From contig NC_042997.1 in NCBI RefSeq assembly GCF_006345805.1, forward strand, positions 178,808,001-178,872,000: DNA of 64,000 nucleotides, written 5' to 3'. Under the pieces are notes generated by a model. It ran no database searches. It had not been told where the DNA came from and saw only the letters and a list, made by a program, of their open reading frames with translations. The position numbers and the translations under genes were made by a program. This document shows, piece after piece, positions 40,996 to 53,923 of the stretch. This stretch comes from Octopus sinensis (lineage: Eukaryota). Position 1 is the first letter of the stretch. The number at the start of each line of letters is the position of its first letter.

Positions 40996-41900
40996 GACAG
41001 TCATGTTCCATGCTGGGGAACAATTGATAGTCAGATGTAGCCAAATCAGCAGAGCCACACTCACGCACAGCAGCCATTGAAACGAAGGTCTTGTGTGCTA
41101 GAGCATTGTCTTGATGAAACAAGACTGACCTCTTTCGTCCGTTTTGCTGGGCGTTTCTTTTTGGTAGATCTTTGTAACTGCAAGTTGACATTGTACTCTC
41201 CATTGATAGTGTATTCCTTTTTAAAGGCCGAGGTCATCACTTCTCCTCCAAATGAAACAACTTTGGCCTTCTTTGGAGCAGGTGAGGAGTGGTGGTTTCT
41301 CTGCATGGATTGTCTCTTTGTCTCTGTCTCAAAATGATGAACTCAACACTCATCCTGGATTAGGAAGCGTTAAAGGAAACCAACTGGATTTGCTTCAAAC
41401 AATGTCGGATTTTCCTATGATGTGATCCGAATGGTGCTCTTTAGAATAAGTTTTAGAAGACGTGTCACCTACCGAGCAGGAACTTCAGTAATGGCAAGTT
41501 CATTGTGTAGAATATTAGCATATCTCACACGGAATATGTTAATAGTATTAATTCATTGATTCAATCGCCTGTCATCATTTGCTATGTGGTAAACACGCTC
41601 AACGTTTCCCTCGGTTGTGGTACCTGCAAGACGTCTAGACCTTGGGCATGTTCAAGACTCTTCTTTCCCCTCATAAATTCAGCTGCCCACTTTTGCACTG
41701 TTGATAAAGCTGGAGCGTCATCCTCTAATGTAGCAACCATGTTTACATGAATATCCTTGGTGGGGGGTGGGGGGTGTCTAAACCCTTTTTTCCTTCGGGT
41801 ACTTGACAGCACCACGATGCTAAATTGTGTCTATTTTCAAAAAAAGTCGCTACTGGTGATATTAATGCATATAAAATTTCACAACTCTAGCATCATTCCT
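40990..41900 (-). pseudogene. Mariner transposase pseudogene
   Basis: DIHVNMVATLEDDAPALSTVQKWAAEF; RFLIQDEC.VHHFETETKRQSMQ...PAPKKAKVV; HQDNALAHK...DLATSDYQLFP; frameshifted. Confidence 0.92.
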
Positions 41901-41939
41901 TCATATTCTTCATGGTCAATGATATTTTCAGTTCATCCT

Positions 41940-41990
<51 letters not shown>

Positions 41991-41995
41991 GTCTA

Positions 41996-42031
<36 letters not shown>

Positions 42032-42132
42032 AATACATACATACATATACAGACATTTATATGTATATATTTATGCATGTTAAGGTGTGTGCGTGCATGT
42101 GTATGTAAATATATATATATATATATATATAT

Positions 42133-42168
<36 letters not shown>

Positions 42169-42695
42169 GGGGAGAAAGAATACGTTTCCCATAGACAGAT
42201 ATAAATATATACACGTATAATTTTTAAAGAGCTATACAAACTGAACTATTGCATTTTCATTTTTGAATTGCAGAAGATGACATCACAACAATACATTCCA
42301 TTGGCAGCTATTTCTTACTTCTGTTATAGCTATATCATTAGGATAAATTTCAGTGGTTAACCCTAGAGAATAATTATATACACATTGAAGACTGTGGACC
42401 AAATAAAGTTTGAAAATTACGAACAAGCAATACCACCGGGACAAATTTAATGTCTTATATTATCGCAAGTAATTTTACAGCCTTGATATCTCTCATTAAA
42501 GTCAATACTCTATTGCAAAGACTATCATCTTAATTTTAGCAATAATTTTCAAATTTACATTTCGTAATTGTACAGACAGACAAATACACACACATGCAAG
42601 CGCAGACAATGACACACAGCTCATAAGCACATATACACAGTTTTCTGTTTCTACAGGCACACCACTCTGAGCGTAGGCATTTATATCTATCTACT

Positions 42696-42739
<44 letters not shown>

Positions 42740-42875
42740 TATATTTATGTATATATGAATATGTATTTTGTATATACATGTATGCGTGATATATACATAT
42801 ATACATATATATATATACATACATATATATATATATATACGAATATACACATCTCTCTCTCTCTCTCTCTCTCTT

Positions 42876-42911
<36 letters not shown>

Positions 42912-42912
<1 letters not shown>

Positions 42913-43092
42913 CGGGAGCTTTATGAAAAGAAACAAAGACGAAGGCAGGTGGAAAACAACGAGCAATTGTATTAGTATGGCGCTCAGGAAATAAAATAAA
43001 ACGTCTTTACGTTTCGAGCCTACGCTCTTCAACAGAAAGATACACAGAGAGAGAAAAACACAGAAAGAAGGAGAGAAAAAAAATGCGTGCAG
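42912..43092 (-). mobile_element. Family B element within (TA)n; hammerhead-like motif 43004-43040
   Basis: UCUUU-CUGUUGA-A-GAGC GUAG GCUC-GAAAC GU AAAGAC. Confidence 0.75.
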
Positions 43093-43112
43093 TAGCTAAC
43101 GAATCAACATGG

Positions 43113-43158
<46 letters not shown>

Positions 43159-43284
43159 ATATATAAATTCTTTGTCTGTCTGTCTATCTATTTGTTCCTC
43201 ATGCATTCTCAAACGGCTCCACTAAATTAATAGAAAGGTAATAATAGTATTAGACCCCACGAGTGGCAACATGTAATTTTTATT

Positions 43285-43384
43285 NNNNNNNNNNNNNNNN
43301 NNNNNNNNNNNNNNNNNNNNNNNNNNNNNNNNNNNNNNNNNNNNNNNNNNNNNNNNNNNNNNNNNNNNNNNNNNNNNNNNNNNN
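43285..43384. other. Assembly gap (100 N)
   Basis: N run; the round length suggests unknown true size. Confidence 0.99.
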
Positions 43385-44680
43385 GAGACAGTACACAACT
43401 GACAATAATATGTTGTTAAAGTAACGAGCTACCGAAATGGTTAACATGTATATGCTTGATGTGGAATAAAAATAATGCAGCTCTAAACTGAACAAGAAGT
43501 GATACTCTACTTATTGTCACATGGTTATTATCTAAGACAGGTAGGCGTTCATAAAAATACCGGAGATCTTTCTATTTTCTTCGTTAGTCAGTTGAAATTT
43601 TGTGACAAGGAATATATAAGCAGAATGATCTCTTTGGTATAACGTGGTGTGTTGCCTTAAGAAATGCACTATTGACACAACATTTGTGTCCTATACTGTA
43701 TGTATTATGAATATAAATTTCAATATGTCTAATGGAGAGGGTATGTTCCTTTATCTTGAATATTGTTGCTTTTGATATTCCTTTGACGTCTAATTTGTGT
43801 ATCTAGACAAACGGTATTCTTCTATTTGCAGATGGCGCATTCATTTCACACAAACATTGACTATACAAAGGCATGCTGTTATGTCTGTTCACCACGGTTG
43901 ACCTATGAATCTTCAAAATATCCATTTATTGTTATTACTTTTAATTAGCTGCTGGAAATCTAAAATTTCTTGTTAAAATTTTGTGGCTGCTGACATACAC
44001 GTTTTGAAATTGTTTTCCAAAATCAGCATCTTCATATACTGAGTCGTCATATGATGTGAAAAACTAGAGAGCACTAGTGAGCAACATCAATGGATACCTA
44101 TTTATATATTTCTTGAGAGTCAATAATCCTATAGCGTTACAATAGTTAGAGTGTCGGGTAATATGTTTTGAGGTATTCATTCCAGCTCTGCCCCCTGTTC
44201 AATTTCATGGATGTGAAATTTGCCTTCCATTCTGTAAGGGTCTATAAAATATGATTGAAGTACCGATTTATTCTTCTCTCTCTGTCTGACTGTCTGTCTG
44301 TCCGTCTCTCTCTCTCTCTCTCGTTCTCTTGTTCACTCTTTTTCTGTCTTGGAGAAATCACCTGCGCTCAGACCAAGAGAAGGATGAGCTCCTTCAGGTT
44401 TAAAATGTCCACAACACGTTTATATATCTCGACGGCATCCTTGCAAATCCACAAGAAGCTGAAGGTCAAACTACTACCACCACCAGTTCAATATCAATCT
44501 CACTTTTAGGAATGTACAGTCGTTCGGTGTTAGATCTATAGTGTAATCATTATGATCAAATCACACTGGATTATATCACAAACTGATGTCAAAAATATTC
44601 GACATTTCAAAGCAGATTTCAATACATGGAAATAAAAGAAATAAAACATTTCATCGATAAAAATGTAGTAAAGAACATAC

Positions 44681-44902
44681 CTAATGCACATACAAGAAGT
44701 GCATGGATTAACGTGACGGCCACGCAAACTCGTACGAAATCCTGCATTGTTACCATTATGAATTTTGATGTCACAAACCCTGCAATAATTCGAATCTTAA
44801 GCAAACACTTTGAGAAATCCCGTCCATCGCATGGCGAAATCTCATATGAGGCCCTTTTGGTTGTCCTGTCACTTTGGGCATTCAGCCAGTTTTTTTTCGA
44901 CT
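44681..44902 (-). CDS. Candidate exon encoding a signal-peptide-like segment (MVTMQDFVRVCVAVTLIHALLVCAL)
   Basis: Strong acceptor tttcttctttatatttcttctttgtttcag|, donor TTAG|GTATGT, ATG at 44756, phase-1 intron right after the hydrophobic stretch; the whole 222-nt exon is open in this frame. Confidence 0.5.
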
Positions 44903-45139
44903 CTGAAACAAAGAAGAAATATAAAGAAGAAATTAGATATCAGAAATTTGAAACAAATCAAGCAGAATTCTTAGATGTGTTATACCAGAGTCTCATACAC
45001 ACATATACTTAGATATATGAACTTAGACGCAGATAACACAGACATAAATAGAAAAATACACCTACGAATATATATGGTTCATACCTCACTATTTAACAGC
45101 GTATGGTAGATTTTTAGCATTAAAAATTAGGTTTAATAT

Positions 45140-45747
45140 CAATAATTTGATTTCAGTGTGTGGTGCTGTGTGTGTTTGTGTGCATATATATATAAATACA
45201 CAGATACATACATACATACATACATACATACATACATACATACATACATACATACATACATACATACACACACACATATATATATATATATATAAATGTA
45301 TATATATATGTGTATATATATATATATATACATAAATGTATATATATGTATATATATATATACATATATATACATATATGTACACATGTACACATATATA
45401 TACATACATATACACATATACATATATGTATATACGTGTATATACACATATACATATATATATATACATAAACACATATATATACATATATGTACACATG
45501 TACACATATATACACATATACATATATGTATATACGTGTATATACACATATACATACATATATATACATAAACACATATATACATATATATAATATGTAT
45601 ACAATTATGTATATATACACATCCATATATATACATACTTATATATACACACATACATATATATATATACATACATACGTATATTTATACATATATGTAT
45701 GTGTGTATATATATATAAACATATATTCAGAGAGATATATCTGTGTA

Positions 45748-45800
<53 letters not shown>

Positions 45801-45910
45801 AAATTGAATCTTTGTGCGTATGACATATGCATAGATACACATGTATTTGTGTGTTTGTGTCTGTGTATATGTGTGTATATGTGTGTGTATGTGTGTGTGT
45901 GTTGATGTTT
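45140..45910. repeat. Compound microsatellite with internal ~120-bp duplication
   Basis: Direct inspection; source of several spurious ORFs. Confidence 0.95.
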
Positions 45911-46256
45911 GTATACTCAGAGAGAATGACACATAGGTTGAGAGTGGGCTAGAGACAGACGGAATGAGATGTTGAGATTTGCAAATTAGAAAAAGTTCGA
46001 ACGAATACGTAGCAATTCTAGACTGGAAAACATTTGGCACATTCCATTATTTGCTGTATTACGGAGAAAATATCAAATTGTTGGACTGTCTGGGAAAATA
46101 ATATTATTTGGCTGTACTTCCAAGAATGAAAACATATAAATCGACATAAAGTGATATTATAATAAAAGTTATTTTCATATATCCATATAAAGCACTGGGA
46201 ATTCAGACAGTCGATAAAATGGGTTTCTTTTCCGACTCCTAGATATATGTAATTTG

Positions 46257-46368
<112 letters not shown>

Positions 46369-46694
46369 TCTGTGTGTGTGTGTATAAAATATATGTGAAA
46401 GTGCATGGCCTAGCGGTTGGGGCGTTGAACTCACGATCCCGTAGATCGTGGTTTCGACTCCTAGAAGTAGTGATGCGTTCTATTCTTGAGCAAAAAAAAA
46501 AAAAAAAACAAACAAAAAAAAAAAACACACTTCATTTCGCGTTTCTATACAATCACGCTTATACGCATGTACACGGAAATCTCGATTTCATCGATGATGT
46601 GAGTTTTATGTGACCGCGATAAACAAAGCAACCTTTGCGCTCTTTCAGCAACAACGGCATAGCTAGTAACACAAAAACACTCGCATATGTTTTT

Positions 46695-47110
46695 GGCGCA
46701 GGAGTGGCTGTGTGGTAAGTAGCTTGCTAACCAACTACATGGTTGCGGGTTCAGTCCCACTGCGTGGCATCTTGGGCGAGTGTCTTCTGCTATAGCCCCG
46801 GACCGACCAATGCCTTGTGAGTGGATTTGGTAGACGGAAACTGAAAGAAGCCTGTCGTATATATGTATATATATATATGTGTGTGTCTGTGTGTTTGTGT
46901 GTCTGTGTGTTTGTGTGTCTGTGTTTGTCCCCCTAGTATTGCTTGACAACCGATGCTGGTGTGTCTACGTCCCCGCCACTTAGCGGTTCGGCAAAAGAGA
47001 CCGATAGAATAAGTACTGGGCTTACAAAGAATAAGTTCCGGGGTCGATTTGATCGACTAAAGGCGGTGCTCCAGCATGGCTGCAGTCAAATGACTGAAAC
47101 AAGTAAAAGA
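46695..47110 (+). mobile_element. Full-length SINE family C
   Basis: tRNA-like head, body, internal (TA)/(TG) microsatellite, 3' module ending gaaacaagtaaaagagtaaagag. Confidence 0.92.
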
Positions 47111-47114
47111 GTAA

Positions 47115-47345
47115 AGAGTATATCTTTTTTACTTGTTTCAGTCATTTAACTGTGACCATGCTGAAGCACAGCCTTTAGTTGAGCAAGTCGACCCCAGAAC
47201 CTATTCTTTGTACTTATTCTATCGGTCTCTTTTGCCGAACCGCTAGGCTACGGGGACGTAAACACACCGGCATCGGTTGTCAAGCGATGTTGGGGGGGGG
47301 ACAAACAGAGACACACAAACGCATACGCACACACACACACACACA
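47115..47345 (-). mobile_element. SINE family C 3' half, tail-to-tail with the preceding copy
   Basis: Reverse complement of 46915-47108. Confidence 0.9.
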
Positions 47346-47631
47346 CACACCACACCATATATATATATATATATGTATATATATAACACGTTATATGTAG
47401 ATAGCATGTATATAGACATCTGTGTGTAATGTGTTACTAAAAAAAAACGAAAATTATAATTGTCACTAAATATGACTATGGTGTTAGAACTGCTACGTTG
47501 CTAGAAATAAGAGGTAAAAAGTTCCACTGCTGTAGTTAAAACACACACCCACACACACATGCACCACCCCCATATATAAGATATGTAAATATATATATAT
47601 ATATACATACAGATATGTATACACACACACA

Positions 47632-47667
<36 letters not shown>

Positions 47668-47711
47668 GTGTATAAGTATGTGTATATTCTTGATGTAAAA
47701 TCGTGCATTGA

Positions 47712-47938
47712 AAGAAATGTTTCCAATTAAAATTACATTCATACAACAGAGAGAAGCCTACATCGATACACTATAAACATTCCAAAGATGAACATGGCAG
47801 TTTGATAGGAAACATCATGATAAGAGTCATTCCTACACACCCACACAACTCATTATTCCGACAAGTTACAGAAGCAATCCACAAACTGGAAATAGAATTA
47901 AAACATACCTACTTCTTCAATATAAATCAAGATTAGTA
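47712..47938 (+). pseudogene. Penelope-like GIY-YIG endonuclease C-terminal fragment
   Basis: EKPTSIHYKHSKDEH...IRVIPTH...LFRQVTEAIH resembles the H..H...RQ..EA.I pattern of PLE endonucleases. Confidence 0.5.
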
Positions 47939-48231
47939 TGACAAAAATTTACCCCATCCCACCACATCAATTACCACCAGACCAGACGAACACCACCCCT
48001 ACCACATCTAGGCATAAATAGTGCCCAACAGTCCCAGTAACCTAAACAAATTAACAATAAATGGGAGTATGATGACTTAAACATATCTCACACAAAGCAC
48101 ACCAATACATAGCCACAGGTATGTAACGTATACTTTTGATACAAAAACAATCTATGAATAGTACAATATTACAATGATACGATATATAATAAAAGGCTAA
48201 CCATCTGTGAAATTATACACAGATTGACGTA

Positions 48232-48298
<67 letters not shown>

Positions 48299-48394
48299 TC
48301 AATATAGGGTGGCAAAAAATTTTGTAGAATTTTTTTGCCACCAGCGGCCTAGTGGGAAAAAATTAAATAGTCATAGACCATTTTTAAGTTCAAC

Positions 48395-48775
48395 ATCACA
48401 ATCAAGGAACGGCCATAATAGGCCATTCACCCACTAGAAATAACAGCCAAAAGCTTCAACCGCAAAATAACATCAATTCCGTAAACCAGGAGAAAATTAA
48501 AAAACATTTACCCTGTAATTTCTTATACGATGCACCGTTTCATCTACTGTTTAATGGTAAACTAACCTGATTAAATTAATTTAATTTAATTTAATTTAAT
48601 TTAATCAGGTTAGTTTACCATTAATCAGTAGATGAAACGGTGCATCGTATAAGAAATTACAGGGTAAATGTTTATTAATTTTCTCCTGGTTTACGGAATT
48701 GATGTTATTTTGCGGTTGAAGCTTTTGGCTGTTATTTCTAGTGGGTGAATGGCCTATTATGGCCGTTCCTTGATT

Positions 48776-48780
<5 letters not shown>
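48395..48780. repeat. 386-bp near-perfect palindrome
   Basis: Arms differ at about two positions; centre is (TTAAT)n-like. Confidence 0.95.
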
Positions 48781-48810
<30 letters not shown>

Positions 48811-49009
48811 CTACATGTAAGTGTGTATATATGTAGGCGTGCGAGTGTGTGTGCGTGGGCATGTAAGAAAATAAGTTGACCTAAGAACTTTTGTGGTAAG
48901 GCGTGGCGAAGCACATGAATGGGAAACAATATATGACAAGACAGAAACCACTTGACAAAACGAAAAACCAACAATGGATCCATAACAACAATGATAAATA
49001 TATTCCTAC

Positions 49010-49060
<51 letters not shown>

Positions 49061-49325
49061 CAAAAACATATACACGTATATATACATGTACACATGGATA
49101 TATAGGTATATATATGTATTTATATCATATATATTATATATATATATTTATATGTACATATATGTATATATACATATATGTATGTATATATTATATATAT
49201 ATATATGTATATATACAAAAACATATACACGTATATATACATGTACACATGCATATATAGGTATATATATGTATGTATTTATATTCATACATATGTATAT
49301 ATGTATATTTATATGCACAAATGTG

Positions 49326-49372
<47 letters not shown>

Positions 49373-49421
49373 TAAATATGCACATATAAGTATATACATA
49401 TATATATATGCACATATATCT

Positions 49422-49862
49422 CTTTTTACTCTTTTTACTTGTTTCAGTCATTTGACTGTGGCCATGCTGGAGCACCGCCTTTAGTCGAGCAACTCGACCC
49501 CGGGACTTATTCTTTTTGTAAGCCCAGTACTACTATTCTATCGGTCTCTTTTGCCGAACCGCTAAGTGACGGGGACCGTAAACACACCAGCATCGGTTGT
49601 CAAGCAATGCTAGGGGAACAAACACAGACACACAAACCACACACCACACACACACACACACACCACACACATATATATATATATATATTATAATATATAC
49701 GACAGGCTTCTTTCAGTTTCCGTCTACCAAATCCACTCACAAGGCATTGGTCGGCCCGGGGCTATAGTAGAAGACACTTGCCCAAGATGCCACACAGTGG
49801 GACTGAACCCGGAACCATGTGGTTGGTTAGCAAGCTACTTACCACACAGCCACTCCTGCGCC
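49422..49862 (-). mobile_element. Full-length SINE family C
   Basis: Ends ...accacacagccactcctgcgcc; closely similar to 46695-47110. Confidence 0.92.
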
Positions 49863-50474
49863 ATATATATATATGTATATATATATATGTACATATATAT
49901 ATGTATATATATATATGTGTGTGTGTGTGTGTATCGAAGCCATAGTGATATGTGGGCATCTGATGATGGAGGTGTATCATGTTGGTGTCACTGTTCTTGT
50001 ACGTAACTATAAAGTATCAGAAGAAGATTTATTTAGATACAGATCAAAGAGCCAATATCAATGTGTGTATTTTACAGCATAGAGAGGGTACAGTAGGAGC
50101 ACACCCTTGTTGATAACGTCAGAGGCGACGACGACAGATCTTAAGAAAACAATTAATCAATTACATTATCAAATAATTCACTAATTATTTAATGAATCGA
50201 TAATAAAATCTCATTGGAAAAATGCGTTTATGTTATATAGGGCAGTATGACCGTCCCAAAGCACAGCAATATATATATATATATTATATATATAATATAT
50301 ATATATATATATACCTGTTCACTGCTAACTACCGGGTAGTTAGTATCATAGAAGAAACTAATAATATATTTTTTCGAGTCTCTATCTCGTTACTCTGAGT
50401 TTCAAATTCTCTCTACCCACAAGAGAAACTCAGACTAGCAAGGAACGTGCCTTGAATACAATATCTTTATCTAT

Positions 50475-50656
50475 CCGTGGAGGTGGCACGTAAAAAGCAC
50501 CATTTGAGCGTGAACGTTACCAGCATTCAGTTGTAGAAACTTTGCCAGATCAGATTGGAGTCTTGTACAGCCATCTGGTTCACCAGTCCTCAGTTACCTC
50601 GTCCAACCTATGCTAGCATGGAAAGCGGACGTTAAGCGATGATGATGATGATGATG

Positions 50657-50658
<2 letters not shown>
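50475..50658 (+). mobile_element. 3' part of a SINE with (GAT)n tail
   Basis: gtccaacctatgctagcatggaaagcggacgttaagcgatgatgatgat. Confidence 0.55.
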
Positions 50659-50731
<73 letters not shown>

Positions 50732-51067
50732 GTGGTTTTGGTAGACAGATACTGAAAGAAGCCTATTGTACACACGCACACACACACACACACAGTTATA
50801 TTAGGTTGCTTCACTTGAAATGTCACATTGGAAAGGCAATGTTTCAGAAGTGCTAGAGAACTGATTTATTTAATCTACGTATGATCCATGTTCATTTATG
50901 ACGTTTACCCAACGTTTCTCTATATTTTATCTTGTAAAAAATTCATTTTCATGAGGTCTGTGGGTACGAATTTTGTATACTGATAGGGTTGGGAAAGAAA
51001 AAGTGTCAAGATTAAATGCAAGGTATACATAATAGAGTTTTTAAATGACTGAAATAACAAGTAATTA

Positions 51068-51232
51068 GGCACAGGCGTGGCTGTGTGGAAAGAAACTTCT
51101 TTCTCAACCACATGGTTCCTGATTCACTCTTACTGCGAGGCAGTTTGGGCAAGTAGTTTCTAGTATAGTCTTATGTCGACCACAGACTTGTGAATAGATT
51201 TGGAAGACGGAAATTGAAAGAAGCCAGTCGTT
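51068..51232 (+). mobile_element. Diverged SINE family C, 5' half
   Basis: ggcacaggcgtggctgtgtgg...gacggaaattgaaagaagccagtcg. Confidence 0.75.
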
Positions 51233-51233
51233 T

Positions 51234-51267
<34 letters not shown>

Positions 51268-51292
51268 ATATATATATATAGTTATCCGTAAG

Positions 51293-52455
51293 TTTACATG
51301 CCGAAGACTACTTGGTGTAATGATAATTATTCTAAATTAATTAATTTCACCCTTCATTATTACGGATAACCATATTTTATCTCAGTAGATGACTACAGCA
51401 TCTTGTTTTGGCTACACGCGGGTGGGAAGGGGCTGTTGACACAATCGTTTCATTACAAATTTGAATTCGGTGATACTAGTTGAGGATTCTAGCTCGCTCT
51501 GATACTGAGTTGAGTTGGTACCTCCTAGTATCTCAAAATTCAATATATAATCATTTATGATTATAGTATTCCACGCTGAAGAGAAAAGAAGTTTCGGTAA
51601 GATAGAATTATTTAATATTTAATATTTTAATTCTTATGCTTTCCTAAAACTTGATTTCGAAACGTACGTCCGTGGATAACTTTAAAAATGTTTGATAGAT
51701 TGCAGTTAATTCATTCTCTCTTACCTGTTTGTGTCAGCCTTCCAATTGCTGTTTTTACTGAGATCTCCCTTTTTAGTAGAAGAAATAGCTATAACCTTTG
51801 ACTGCTATTCTAAATTCGGTATGTGGTAAGGCAATTCGTTGCTGAACCCTTATGCTTAGTATTACTTAAATTTTCCTCAAATGAGCTTTTTACATGCCGA
51901 AGACTACTTGGTGTAATTGATAATTATTCTAAATTAATTAATTTCACCCTTCATTATTACGGATAACCTATTTTATCTCAGTAGATGACTACAGCATCTT
52001 GTTTTGGCTACACGCGGGTGGGAAGGGGCTGTTGACACAATCGTTTCATTCACAAAATTGAATTCGGTGATACTAGTTGGGGTTCTAGCTCGCTCTGATA
52101 CTGAGTTGAGTGGTACCTCCTAGTATCTCAAAATTCAATATATAATCATTTATGATTATAGTATTCCACGCTGAAGAGAAAAGAAGTTTCGGTAAGATAG
52201 AATTATTTAATATTTAATATTTTAATTCTTATGCTTTCCTAAAACTTGATTTCGAAACGTACGTCCGTGGATAACTTTAAAAATGTTGATAGATTGCAGT
52301 TAATTCATTCTCTCTTACTGTTTGTGTCAGCCTTCCATTGCTGTTTTTACTGAGATCTCCCTTTTTAGTAGAAGAAATAGCTTAAACCCTTTGACTGCTA
52401 TTTCTAATTCGGTATGTGGTAAGGCAATTCGTTGCTGAACCCTTATTGCTTAGTA
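51293..52455 (+). repeat. Tandem duplication with ~596-bp period (51293-51862 / 51889-52455)
   Basis: Copies differ almost only by single-base indels. Confidence 0.92.
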
Positions 52456-52475
52456 TATATATATATATATATATG

Positions 52476-52657
52476 GAGAGTTTACGAAAACAGGTGGGGT
52501 ACAAAACAAACAGATGTATTAGTAAAACGCTCAGGAATAGAAAAAGTATTTTACATTTCGAGCCTACGCTCTTCTACAGAAAGGGACACACAAAAAACAA
52601 GGAGAGAAAAAAATGTGTGTAGTGGCTAACGATCTATCATGGCGACTAGTGCCGGAC
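52476..52657 (-). mobile_element. Family B element within (TA)n; hammerhead-like motif 52548-52583
   Basis: CUUU-CUGUAGA-A-GAGC GUAG GCUC-GAAAU GUA|AAAU. Confidence 0.75.
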
Positions 52658-52689
52658 ATATATATATATAATATATATATATATATATG

Positions 52690-52725
<36 letters not shown>

Positions 52726-53021
52726 TCTTTGCCCCTCATATTATTAATAGATATTTATGCAGCAGATGCCCCTGAATATTTCCGCAATAAATTATACAGT
52801 ATTGTTGTGAGTGTATGCAAGTGATATTATAGTCGTTTATTGCAACATCGTGCTATCATTGTATGTACAATGATATTTTTTCTGCCTTGCTATATGTTAT
52901 ATGAGTACATTTGTTAGTTCTTTCGTAATATCTGAAATGTTATTGTTATTGTTAGAGCAAATGTGCTGCATGAAAATCTGCATTGCTAAAACAAGACATT
53001 AAGACAGAGATACAAGCAGCA

Positions 53022-53066
<45 letters not shown>

Positions 53067-53109
53067 TGTATAAATATGCACTCCCGTAAATATATATATA
53101 TATATATAT

Positions 53110-53427
53110 GTTACCGAATCAGTCATTGATTCCCATGGTATTTTCTATAAACTGACAAGGCGAGTTGAATTTAACCCTACGCACCGGAGTAAGTTTCACT
53201 GATCAGGATTAATTCAATCCGAAATCATCGATGATCTGACGCTGATCGCTTGCTGTAGGGAGGTTGTCTCCCTTGTCAGTCCAGAGATAAGTGCTATGCC
53301 TGTGGTTAAGAATTGTTTGGAATCCTATTCTTATTTCTAGCAATGGTGGTGCCTATTTGCACCCTAGTTACTTTAGTGACGATTGAACTTCTATCTTTTG
53401 GTTTCTAAATCGCGACAAACCACTTTG

Positions 53428-53430
<3 letters not shown>
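53110..53430 (+). mobile_element. Family G repeat with hammerhead-like motif 53196-53239
   Basis: UCA-CUGAUCA-GGAUU AAUUC AAUCC-GAAA UCAUCGAUGA UC|UGA; inverted 10-mers ACTGACAAGG (53151-53160) / CCTTGTCAGT (53271-53280). Confidence 0.6.
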
Positions 53431-53460
<30 letters not shown>

Positions 53461-53545
53461 TAATAATAATAATATATATATATATATATAATATTATATT
53501 TAAAAAAGGAGATGTGGAACACGAGTTGTGATATATAAAAGGAAT

Positions 53546-53849
53546 GAAGAAAATGCTGACAAAATAATTTAAGTAATTTAAGTAATTTAATTAGGTGAAG
53601 TTCTTTTTACCGGTTGCGCATTTGTTATGCTTATCAAATATATTTTTTAAAGAGAGATTAGAGTTCCTTTTCTGATAGATTTTTTCCTCTTATCTGGACG
53701 TTAAGAGGAAAAAATCTATCAGAAAAGGAACTCTAATCTCTCTTTAAAAAATATATTTTGATAAGCATAACAAATGCGCAACCGGTAAAAAGAACTTCAC
53801 CTATTAAATTGCTTAAATTACTTAAATTATTTTGTCAGCATTTTCTTCC
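53546..53849. repeat. About 300-bp near-perfect palindrome with 9-nt loop
   Basis: ...cctctta tctggacgt taagagg...; arms differ by a few indels or substitutions. Confidence 0.95.
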
Positions 53850-53858
53850 TTTCCGTTA

Positions 53859-53923
<65 letters not shown>

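Noticed and set aside
43405-43450. Possible decayed hammerhead (ATGTT...GAAATGGTT AACAT)
   Set aside because: Stem I present, but core and stem II are too degenerate.
44626-45012. 128-aa plus-strand ORF
   Set aside because: Antisense to a better-supported minus-strand exon; no recognised motif.
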